Source: Balanoglossus misakiensis (Eukaryota; Animalia; Hemichordata). Taken from it: 64,000 nt of DNA. Shown here piece by piece: positions 51,742 through 63,416 of the stretch. Location: positions 4,664,213-4,728,212 of the forward strand of contig CM082589.2 in NCBI GenBank assembly GCA_040954595.2, written 5' to 3'. The notes under the pieces are model-generated. The model was not told where the DNA came from. It saw only the letters and a list, made by a program, of their open reading frames with translations, and did no database searches. Within the stretch, counting starts at the first letter, position 1. Each line of letters begins with the position of its first letter. The translations under genes were made by a program, and so were the position numbers.

Positions 51742-53389
51742 ATGGATGCTGGGGTGATAGTGCAACAATTACGTACATTGGCAGCTGATCCAAAGAATAG
51801 AGATGCTTTAGTCAAGGTACATGTGAAATTAGTACTTTAGGCTCACACCTGCAGCCTAATGGAGCTATTCCATACTACGCGAACAACTCCATCAAGCTTG
51901 TTTTTCAGTGACAGGAAAACAATATTCATACTGAATTACTTTCTTTACAGGACCAAGCTTCAATGCAAGGTTTAATATTTTTCTTGGACAACAAAGACAC
52001 AAATGTGATAGTAACTGCGTTAGAGGTAAGTTTGTATACATATAGTTTCAATAGATGTTCTAGTATCCAGAAATGTCTTCATGGCACTATTATTGTGATA
52101 TGTCATGCAAGTTCTATAAGATGACTTTTGGTCTTACTTTCATATGTAGGCACTTGTTGATCTATCAGAAAATGCGTCGAACAGACCAGTGATGAGAGAT
52201 TTACCATACGTACTTGATGCTCTACAGGATACACTGAAAAGGTCTGTATCAGTAAATATCAGCTTAGAAATACTTGTATGTAGAGAACTGGTATTTTCTT
52301 TTGGAGTATTAATACAAGTACATTTAATAGGAAATATATCTAAAAGAAACCACCCCATTGATTCTGTTGGCCTCAGGGAATAATAATTTACATGTATGTG
52401 CCATTTTCTCGATTTTTAGGCAAGCTGATAAAAGAGTACAGCACTTGGCCAGGAAGATTTTGCACAGGATTTCACCAGCTAACCACAGTCCCTTGAAAGA
52501 CCATGTCAATAACAGTAAACAGACCACACAACAAAGACAAAACAAATATAACAAGACATACTTCCTGGGAAATGCCAACAAAAGAGCAAAATTTGTGACT
52601 CTACAGGTCAAAGGTCTCCATGATCAGGTGAGGAAATCTTTCATAGTGATATTTCTTGTCATTAAGGACACCTCTCTATTAAGGACAGATTTTCCAGTCC
52701 CAGAGGTAGACAGGTTTCACTGTATTACAAGTCTAGACTATCCCTGCGTATGAGCCTCACTGTGCATATTTGACGCAGGTTCTGTTGCTCTCTGTGTTTC
52801 AGAATTGCCGGAAAGTTTGTGAAGAGCATTTGCTGCAAGTGAAAGGGGTGATCAGCTTCACGTTTGATATGTCGAAGCACAGATGTGTCGCCAGAGTCAA
52901 ATTGGAGCTAAAGCCTGAGGTAAGGTCATGCATCATCTCAGCTGGTTAGAAGCCTATTTATCTATGGTCTCTTCTAGCAAAGTACAAAGATTCAGTCTGT
53001 CAGCAAAATGCACGTGGACTTGAGACCATCTGCTTAGGTGCCATATACAGCACTAATCGTCGTAATCAATCGGATGTCCTTTTTCAAGCTTATTTTCATG
53101 AACTGGAGTGATGTACTTGCAGGTGTTGGTGACGGCCATTGCCAAGTCCAAGATAATGTCAGCAGAACAAGTCATCAGAGACGAATACGGAGAAGAGGTC
53201 TTGCTCTCCTTTGGTGCCAATCCGGCCACCGCAGACAAAGAGAACGATAATTTGCCCCAGTATCTGCCGGAAGACGACAGTCCTATGAAGGGCGCTGATA
53301 AAGCAGTTGCCAGACGAGACAAAAATAAAAAAGATTGCGGTTGGGTCGCCAGTGCCGCAAAGTTCCTATCCCAGTCATTCTACTGGTGA
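51742..53389 (+). CDS. ARMC1: Armadillo repeat-containing protein 1, 277 aa
   Basis: Exons 51742-51816, 51951-52025, 52150-52241, 52420-52627, 52803-52919 and 53123-53389 join in frame (834 nt). Motifs VQQLRTLAADPKNR, FLGNANKRAKFVTLQVKGL, CEEHLLQVKGVISFTF, PQYLPEDDSP and the C-terminal GWVASAAKFLSQSFYW. Confidence 0.95.
52658..52724 (-). mobile_element. Tc1/pogo-type MITE end in an ARMC1 intron
   Basis: Ends TAGACAGGTTTCACTGTA and contains repeated ATTAAGGACA. Related to the end at 49158. Confidence 0.45.
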
Positions 53390-55799
53390 TGTCATCAAGC
53401 TCTTGCATCTCATTTAGTATACGTTAGAAGCTCTTGCAAACTTTTGCCACTAGTGCAAAACTGAGAGTCTTCTGGAATGTTGTACATCGTTTCTTAGTTA
53501 GCTGGCTGCCAGGATAGAAAAATCACATTCAAAACGAAGTCTGGAGTAGCTGATAACAGAAAGATGTATATAATTTTCATTTTTCATGAAATCTATCCCT
53601 TGCCTTGTATTGATGTTATCCATTGCGACTCTAAGCTCTCTTTTACACACACTTGTCTTTCTCTGTTAGGAAATTTAACAAATATTTAGCAAACATTTCA
53701 CACCTGTCCCTCTTCACCTCTTTGAGGTTTGGTATGGAATAATCTACCTGAAGTTTTTATGTCAAGACTTTATGATGGTTCTATTCAAGGAGACATGAAA
53801 ATTTATGTAAATACTTTCTCTGGAAAACTGATTTTTATAATTGTTTACATGTTGGAAATTAAAATATTCTCAAAAGAACATAATTTGTTTAAGATAATGA
53901 ATGCACACATTAGCAAAAGACAAAACACATTATAGTTGGTCCAACATTGCTTTAATTAATATCAGGGTTAAATTTTCTACGACAGTACTTAAATTTATTT
54001 ACATCTGTCAGTGATCAGAGAACGTTAAAGAAATAAAAAGACAAGGTTGTAAATACATGTATTGTACAGTTGCACATCTTCAAAGACACGAGGGAAGTTA
54101 CAATATTCTACAAGAGGGTGCCATGTACGTACATTGTGAGGCTTTCAGCTATTCCACTGCATGTAGGAGTTGGGCTAACTATCATTTAGTACACTACTAG
54201 AAACTGCTCTTGAGATAGGTACCCTCTCAGTTTAAAAGTTGGTCCTATACTGTCACCAACATCTACTGCACTGCAATGACAGAATCGCCAGTATTAATTG
54301 CTGCCACTGAAGGAAACTAGTGAAAGACTTTGCCACTGAGGATTTTCAAATCAAGACATACACTTGAGACGTCAATTGCACAGGAACATATACAGCTATA
54401 ACTTCACAAAAGGAAAATCTTTGAATGTACATACATTTTAACTCCTTGCAAAATACCACCCCTAGTTATCAATTCAAATCGCAAGTAAAAATTTCTACCC
54501 ACACTCACACTCTCAGCACAAATGTCTTGGACTCAAGTATTGCTAAATTGTCTTAAGAAGTTTTATCTCAGCTGAAAAGTTGCAGAATTTTTATTTCCTC
54601 AGCAAAAGAAATGCCTAAACATTTTTGACATATTTTTCCATTATGCAGCACTTCTGAATGACTGATGTTAATGAATTGATGAATCTATCACTAACCAATC
54701 AATCAATCAATCACCACCTCACTCTAATTAAATTTGAATGATCCCTGACTTGACTTTGAGAAGAAATGATCCTCATCCGACTTTTAACAATACCACAGGT
54801 CAAAGGTCAGTTTTTATTAGGCTCTCAGTAAATTTCATTTTGATACACACATCGATAATGTTACTTTTTTTTAAAAAAAAAGGAAAAGAACTAAAATCTA
54901 CAAATATAACTAAAATACCCTAACACTAACAGAGAATAAAATTTGATGAAGCCAAGACAAATCTTGGTACTAATCATTTGCCTGTCTGAAATAAGTCATT
55001 TGGTGTCACAAGAATAATTAATTACAATACAATTGTCATGATTTCTTTTGTCACGTCCAGAATATCTGGCCTGCAATCAAACTCGTTTCTAATTACTAAT
55101 AAGTTCCTTTGGACATGCACATTAAATCAAAACTTCAACATCAGGGGGAAATTTACCACCCCTGGAAATAGTTTACTTTAACAAACTTAAATGCACTTGG
55201 CAGTTTTCAATGGATCTGCATTCAGTTCTCAGTATACCGTTTGTTTTAATCTTCAACCACTTCCCCGCCCCATTAAATAGTTTGGTCCAGTCTTGTTTTT
55301 GCTCTGGTAAAGTTGGACCAGGACACACAGATATGGGGGTGACCGGGTTAAAACTTGCACTGTGTGTATCCCCAGCATTTTATTACAATCTCCTGTCTCT
55401 ACGCTTCCGTTATAGTAATAGTTACTCTGAAAGTTCCTCTCATATTTTATTTATTGATTTGAAAATTACAACATTTCTCACTGCTTGTTCCTGAAATCAT
55501 ATCTAGCAGTTTCAATATACAGATTGACATTTAGTAAATTCTGTCTCAGTCTCAATTTTCTTTTAGTCTTAAAAAACATTGTCAACTGTAAATAAAATCA
55601 AAATCACGAATTCCAGATGCCAGTATGTCAAAAAAATCTCTGCAATTTACTGTTAAAGCTTACATTGCTTATGAGCAAGTTCCTGCATGTGTGACAGTGT
55701 CCATTTTTTTTATAGTTTTAAATGAAATCAAGGTCTCATCTCAAGTCATGTGATGAGGTGGCAGCAACTCAGGTCAAAGTTCAAAGGTCAAAACATTAT

Positions 55800-58700
55800 T
55801 CAGTCTTTCTTGGATGACTTCTTTGATTTGTATTCCAGTTCCACCGCCTGCCAAGCATCTTCGTCCCATCCGCCGGCGTCGTCCCAAGTGTCTTCCAGGG
55901 TCAGTTTACCCTTGGGGGCGGAACTTGCCATTTTGGCATTGACTTTGTCCCTGGAAATAAACACGACAGTACACAGGATTTATGAAGGTGTCCCAAACTG
56001 ATTGATTCAGTAAACCCAAAATACGGTATTCTGAGTATTCTCTAACCCTTTCACCCCCAGTTCCCTCTTCAGACTCAGAGGTCCGACTATACCATAGGAA
56101 ACAATAGGTTTAGACTGAACCATGGTAGTGAAAGGGTCAAAAATAACTGTTAATAAACTTACTGCTCGTCATCATCGTCCAGTCCCAGTAAATCACCCGT
56201 GTTGTCTTCCCAGGCATCGTTCCACCCCGCGGCGTTGGCCGTGGTGGGACTCGACGACTCCTTCTGCTGGTTCCAGTCGCTGCTGTCCCAATTCCAGCCG
56301 TCTTCGTCGGCCTCCCGGGCGGGCGACGGGGGTCTGTCGTACAACAAAGGCGTATTGCAATCGTCAGGGTCAATCTCTCTGGATGAGGAGAGATGAGAAA
56401 TGGATGGAAGGGGCGGGGCACGGATGCGTGGAATGCGGTGGCCTCACTCCGTGTGCCGTACAGCCAGTGTGCATAGCCCCACGGGGTGCGTTAGTACGTG
56501 TGTGCGTCCTTGGCCCGGCAGGAGATAGATAGAGGGGTGAGGTGAGGGATGGTACACACAAGGAAATACATGCAAGATGTGCAAAGTAAGAGGATACATG
56601 ACAAGGGATGTGAGCAGACAGTGGATGAAGGTCTGGAAACTAGATCATACATAAGGAAAGAAGCAAAATATACCATTTGAAAAACTACTAACTTGACAGT
56701 GTAAAACGAGAAAATCAGAGCTGTTGCTGACAGATAAAGCAAAAAGTAAACAGATTTATGCTGAAATTGGCAAAAGATAATTAACAGATAGTCAGCCTTG
56801 GATTCAGATATATAGGGTAAAAGAGTAGCAAAATGTAACTACTGGGTAAATCTACAGTGTTTTGAATGCATGTACGTATGTTGTTAGTAGTATTTTGCAA
56901 TGCAAATACCCCGGTAATTCTAACAAATGCTCGCAAGTTCATGCCATTTACCGGTTTAAGTTCTGCGCGTACATCCTTAATAATAATGTACACCTTTAAT
57001 TCCCATTTTGAAAAAAGGACCATTCTCCTATTAATGGACCACACTTTCCCTCACCTTATCCTCTCTTCACGTCTCTGATCTGCAAGGAGTGGCGAACCAG
57101 TGTGAGCTTGCTGGTTCACGGCGTCTAACGATGTCGAGTCTTTGTCGCCGAATAACGTCTGAAAGTCTTTCCATCCTTTGGTGGTCCCCTCAGCTACCTG
57201 TAATTGAACAATTTCCGCTATCATTAGTCAATGTACTATGGTTCAGTCTAAATCCATTGTTTTCTATGTTAAGGTTGCACCTCTTAAGAGGGAACTGGGG
57301 GTGCAAGGTTTAAAGCCTGACCTGCTCTGTTGACAAGTATTGCAAGCCTTACCTTGGTAGCTAACGACTTAGTTCCGACTGACAGATCTTCAAATAGTTT
57401 TCCCTCCTTCATCTTATCCTTGGTTGGTTTGATTACACTTTCATTCATTTTAGACGCATATTCTTGTGTCTGTACAAAATACGAGCGTAATTACCAAGTT
57501 CAGATGAAAATGTGTTGATCAATGCATCTTCAAAAGTAATATCAAGGTTGACTTTTACCAGTTACAATCATTATGGAACAAGATTCATTTTTAATGTATT
57601 GTAGAAAACTTACCTTTTGCGAAGCAGCTGATCCTAGCTTGACAGCCTGTACAGAAGATTGAAGCGTGGTTAGTGATGAACAAAAACATGAATGAGGAAG
57701 CAAAAAGAACAGAAAGAAATGAAGTATATTGTAGAAAACTCACCCCTTCTTTAGTGGCCGCGGCAAATCTTGTGGCACCCAAAGCAAACGTACTCCATCC
57801 CTGGAAACCAAATGAAAAACATGACGTGTTCAGCTGACCGTAGCAACAAGATGGAATTCTTTGCTGTATTTATTCCAAAAAAACTGTCCCCAATGTTGGA
57901 AACATATAACTTATGCGTTATCAAGCAATACCCGAGACATACATGTATCTTAAAAGTGCTACATCACTATCAGTATCACACAGTACGGTCACTCAATAGT
58001 TGTTCAGGAATACATGTGTTGTGCTATTAAAATTACCAATCCCCAAAAATTATTATATTAGTCTTTTCTGTAGTAGGGAAGTTTTAAAATTCAAGAGGCT
58101 TTTGAGGTTTGATGTTAAAATTAACTTTCATGAAGACATCTTAATCACCCATCTGCAGACACAACACCATGCTACAGAGGCAATTACTGGCTGTTGGTGT
58201 AGTTTGTTAATTATACACTGTGCACTCAGCCAATAAAACACAGGCTTTCATGCACAGACTCAGCCAATGAATTTCAAGCTTTCATGAAATTGTCCATCTA
58301 CCTCTGCCTCTGTATCAAGTGAATTGTCATGGAGATTTGAACACCCAAGAAAATATGGAATCCATACACAGATGAACTACAGAAAAAGAGACAAATTAAA
58401 TTGTTGGGGAAAAGACTAAAAACAATGGTGTTAAGCCAAAACATCTTGTCATCAGTTAGACAAGGACATAAATATGATCCTCTCACAGCTGCTACAGACA
58501 CACTGAATGCTTGGCAAAACTATCAAGCCAATTACATGCTTAAGAGTTGAGCAGACATTACTTACAGCACTGAGAGAAGCCATGGCCCCATCCAGTGCTT
58601 GACCTTGCGCTTTGGGCGGATCTGGTGTGTTGCCAAAACCTGTGTAACGACCACCTTGGCTTGGAGGAAGATCTCTGAAATAATGGAAAATTTTCAATGG

Positions 58701-59392
58701 TTTATATTTTAAAAGGATAAGTTTTTTAATTTCCTTTTCATTTGTTCTTGCACACAGACCTAGTATACACACACATGCTTGCATGTAATATTCCTTCTAA
58801 TAATACATTCACATTTTCACTAATTCACGCAACCCTGACATCCTGGAGGTCATCAGGGCCTCATTTATCACACTCCATGACAGCACTCTGTGCTTAATGG
58901 CCATTTCAACTTACTCTGGTCTGTTGGCATTTTCCTGCTGTGTTCTTTCAAAGAATTCATCTCTCTGGGCAGCTATCTCTGATCTGAAGAGAAACAGAGA
59001 AAATTCAATGACCAGGGACAGAAGTGAAATAAAAATTTTCTGTCATTTATCCTCAAACCAAACATTTATAGCAAAATATATCCAGAATCTTCAGAGGTCT
59101 TACTTTTTAACAGCAAACATGGCGTCCCAGTCATCTTGCGACCCTTTGGACTGGTAGCCAATTCCACCACTGTCAAAGTCTGAATACACGCCCCCAGAAC
59201 TGTAGTTACCACTCCGTGACGATGAATTTTTAAATGCTGGTGTCGATGCTGAATGGTTTAATTTAAGACTAGAATTGGAAGTAGTGTACGGCACGTGATT
59301 CCTGGCAGGGGAAGTGGCGGCTGACCATGATTTACCCTGCGATTCTGTGGTGACCTAAAACAACAATAATACCAATCATTATCATCATCGTT

Positions 59393-59435
<43 letters not shown>

Positions 59436-61090
59436 CTCAATAACCTGAAATACTATGCAAATCAAATATGTCACATGTGTGATATTTCACTTTCTCCCAT
59501 ACACGCATGAAATCATATATTTAAGCAATAAAACACCCCCAGCCATGGTATATCACGAGATTTTGACCAGTTCACGACATATACGCACGAGCGATAGCGA
59601 GTGCGTATATGGAGTTGAACTGGTCAAAATCGAGTGGTATACCATGGCTGGGGGTGTTTTATTGCTATTATATTATGCCAGTATATTGAAACTTTGCATA
59701 AAACATTTTAAAAAGGCATTTTCTTTAACTATGATATATGACTGTGGTATATGGCTAATATATCACGGTCACGTGTCGTGTCTCGACCAATCAAATAGCG
59801 TGATTTACACCATCAATATACTGGTATAATATAATCAATCATATACAGTAGTTAATTGGGGACTGTGAACATTTACAGTGTGGAACGGACTTACCTTATC
59901 CCTGTATAATGCTGCGGCTTTGCTATTGTATTTTTCATGGAAGGACCAATTCCGATTGTAATCCGGTTGTGATTCTAAGAATGACTGAAATTTGTTGTTC
60001 CCACCGACTTTCATCTTTTCTAATTCAGCATCTTTCCATTTATCCATTGTTGTCGATCTCACAAAACTGGAAGAGAGTAAATAAATGATGCCTTTTAGAG
60101 ACAACATTCTGCAGTGTCTCTACAATTTGAATCAACTGATCCATCATGAAATATTCACCAATCAGATTGCTTGAAACATTGCTTGATACATGCACTTTTC
60201 TTGTCACCTGATTGGACTTACCTTAAATGAACTCCCAGTGACCTATGTTTACCAGAACACTCCAGACATATATATATCCCATAGTTGACACTGACCCATT
60301 GTGGATTGTGCCCATGGCATTCAAAACACATCTGTAATATGAAAATATCATGCGGTGTTGAAACATACATTTTGCTTGGTCATAATCATGTGTAGGGTAA
60401 CAGAAATTCACAACAGTTACATATGTATGTTTCATGAGTTACAACAACATGGGCAACTGTTAAATTAATTATAACATGAACAAGACTGGTGGCACTGCCA
60501 ATGCTGCTGTATGATAAATGTATGTAAACTGAATAGGGTAAATGATAAAAGAATGTTAGTGTCTCAGCAATACCACATGCCACACACACAGTTCTTCAGA
60601 TCAAGTGTCTACCCCCCCCCCCCCCCCCCCACACACCTACTGTGGTTTTATAGGGATTCGTGTGCTACCGTACAGTATTCAACTATTGTCAGCGGCCGAT
60701 TCATGGAGAACGAGAAACGCGGAGGTGGATCAGGGTTTTCGATCGTTTCCGACGATCGTTGATTGTATCACTTTCTACCATCTGCTGGAGTCATTTTAGA
60801 CATACATATACATCATGCACCAGACCGGCTCCACGTCACTCAGACAGGGGTATCCCGACTTCCTGTTTGCGTAACTCCTAACTAATACCGGTCCGAATTA
60901 GTGCAGTAAAAGTCAATCCGTTGTAGTGTTACAGAGAGACGATTCGGAAAATGTATGAATAATGACCATGACACAAGAAACAGTCAATTGTCACCAGAAG
61001 ATATTAAAAATACCGACGTCTTTCACTTACATTGTTTCCATCCTTAGGGCGGAGATCTTTCAATACGCGCCGGGTCCTTGGACTCGCCAT
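55800..61090 (-). CDS. ARFGAP1: ADP-ribosylation factor GTPase-activating protein 1, ~495 aa
   Basis: Exons 61090-61031 ([13 protein letters not shown]), 60331-60222 ([32 protein letters not shown]), 60066-59895, 59354-59104, 58983-58915, 58674-58566 ([13 protein letters not shown]), 57800-57744 and 57646-57614 (ALPS), 57469-57353, 57197-57055, 56378-56163 and 55950-55800. Total 1488 nt, in frame. Confidence 0.95.
56043..56140 (+). mobile_element. Full-length ~95-bp TTAA-CCCT (piggyBac-like) MITE
   Basis: TAA-CCCTTTCAC ... GTGAAAGGG-TCAA, i.e. short TIRs with degenerate TTAA flanks. Homologous to the copies at 11435, 47581, 48630 and 57236. Confidence 0.7.
57236..57313 (-). mobile_element. 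Near-full copy of the TTAA-CCCT MITE family
   Basis: CTATGGTTCAGTCTAAATCCATTGTTTTCTATG...AAGAGGGAACTGGGGGTGCAAGGTTTAA matches the reverse complement of 56043-56140. Confidence 0.7.
59376..59436. repeat. (CAT)n microsatellite in an ARFGAP1 intron
   Basis: Directly visible. It explains the poly-Asp ORF 59258-59440. Confidence 0.95.
59524..59835. mobile_element. Double-hairpin non-autonomous element (possibly Crypton-like) in an ARFGAP1 intron
   Basis: A 143-bp imperfect palindrome (59524-59666) is immediately followed by a second IR pair, 59667-59689 and 59813-59835 (22/23 identical). Confidence 0.7.
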
Positions 61091-61947
61091 CGCCCCACTT
61101 TAACACCTTTGCTGGGTAAATATTCGACAATTCGCGCTTTCAGGTAATTTAAGGAGAATTGACCTGTTCAAAGAACAGAAATCGGTCCTCGAAAAGCGTA
61201 TACGATCGTTATTCGGGTAAATAATTAGATCTCCGTCGATCTCGATGATGTGTCAGTGAATGACGTTTACGACAGACGCCATTTATGTCCCTTTGAGTTG
61301 CTACAGAATTTTCATATGGCTGACAGATAACACGTAAACTCTGTTTCGAAACAACGCCTTTTTCTCCGCATTTAATACTAAAATTTGACGATTTCACGAA
61401 ATTCACACACTTTCAAGTCTCTAACAGCAAGAATTTTAGAAAACAAGAAACTTAGACAAGTTTTAAGGACAATACAGACCCCCTAGCAAGATCTATTTAT
61501 TTTACCGGAAATACGTCATTGTACCGGAACACCTGGAAGCACAGGCTTCGACTCTCACGTTGAACTCGGAGGCAAGTCTAACTTCCTGGCGATCTCTCGA
61601 TAATAGCGTGGGCTATCCAGGTTTCTCTGATTCCACAATGTCCGAGATCGTCTGCTAACAACGTTCGAAATGTCGAAAGTTACGAAGAAGGGAGACAAAG
61701 GCTTTGAGACCCCTCGGCCGTTCAGATTATAAGTACCAACTTGTTTGTTATTGTTTACATGTGCCACTGCCAGTCTACCACAAACTACATTTGGAAAGCT
61801 GAATGTAGCTGTAAAATCGAGAAGTGAACTGGTACGAATGATGATATGGAGCTAAAGTGTTCTATATGTTTACCTTCATGCAGCAAAGTTTTAATAGCTT
61901 CTGAATTGCAGTACATGTACATTACATGTAATGTACATATCAGGGGG

Positions 61948-63416
61948 GGGCAAAACTGTATTAACCGCCATCTTGAAAACCGCATTGCATTGTGGGACGA
62001 CTGGGGGGGAGTACCTGAAGACCCATAGCATTGTAATGTAGACATCTACCGAGACACTCTATTCCTCCAAACGTTTTTTTTTTCCGACAAACTCTCAGAT
62101 TTCAGTTCTAATAGCCGTCTTGTGTTCTGAAAAGTATTATTATTATCGTCGAGCCGTTCCAGAAGATTTTTGAGGATCCAACAATAGCGGGTGTTGCCAA
62201 TATTCATTGGTATTAAGTGCTGTTGCTATGTGTTTGACAAATTCGTTTCTGAATACGTTCAAGTAGAATTTTCGTGACACAATTACAATAACTGTAAAAT
62301 AACTAAAAATAACAAACTTTCCATAAAGTATGACCAGAAGCTGATGCTGATTACTTGGCTCAGATTACAGATGAACATGCCACGCCTCCTTTTCAAAAAA
62401 ACTGTCCAAACCGCTCTGAAACATGCACAAAAATGAAAAGAATTTTTTGCATTAAATTTTGATTAGCAAGAAGTTTCTCTTTCAAATCTGTTTTTGTTTT
62501 GTTTTGTAAACCAGTAAGTGAATGTGGAGATGGAAGAAAAAAAGCGTGAACGGCTTCATTATAATGCAAGCCAAGCTGTCACGGTGAAAATTAAGGCCAG
62601 CCATGAAAGCTTCCTTTCAAAGACTAATTTCACTAAGTCTTATTAGACGAAAATAAAACAAATTAGACCAAAAAACGATTGCAATGATCTCCATTATGTG
62701 TTGAAATTCTAGTTTTTCATACCCTTCTACGTCGGTGTCACGAAAAGCTTGAAAGGACGCTTTCATGGCTGGCCTTACTATTTTCACAGCTTGGCTTGCA
62801 TTATAATGAAGCCGTTCACGCTTTTTTTCTTCCATCTCCACATTCACTTACTGGTTTACATAACCAAAAAAAAAAAACAGATTTGAAAGAGAAACTTCTT
62901 GCTAATCAAAAGTTAATGCAAAAAATTCTTTTCATTTTTGTGCATGTTTCAGAGCGGTTTGGACAGTTTTTTTGAAAAGGGGGCGTGGCATGTTCATCTG
63001 TTATCCGAGCCAAGTAATCAGCATCAGCTTCTGGTCATACTTTATGGAAAGTTTGTTATTTTTAGTTATTTTACAGTTATTGTAATTGTGTCACGAAAAT
63101 TCTACTTGAACGTATTCAGAAACGAATTTGTCAAACACATAGCAACAGCACTTAATACAAATGAATAATGGCAACACCCGCTATTGTTGGATCCTCAAAA
63201 ATCTTCTGGAACGGCTCGACGATAATAATAATACTTTTCAGAACAGAAGACGGCTATTAGAACTGAAATCTGAGAGTTTGTCGGAAAAAAACGTTTGGAG
63301 GAATAGAGTGTCTCGGTAGATGTCTACATTACAATGCTATGGGTCTTCAGGTACTCCCCCCAGTCGTCCCACAATGCAATGCGTTTTTCAAGATGGCGGT
63401 TAATACAGCTTTGCCC
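61948..63416. repeat. ~1.47-kb long inverted repeat (arms ~670 bp, spacer ~128 bp); foldback/MITE-like
   Basis: Left arm 61948-62620 is the near-identical reverse complement of 62749-63416, e.g. CTGTATTAACCGCCATCTTGAAAA vs TTTTCAAGATGGCGGTTAATACAG. It produces mirrored spurious ORFs (61846-62028 and 63324-63530). Confidence 0.95.

Noticed and set aside
49158-52724. Two inverted pogo-like ends bracketing the MTFR/ARMC1 promoter as one composite transposon
   Set aside because: They enclose conserved exons of two housekeeping genes. Independent insertions of a common MITE family are far more likely.
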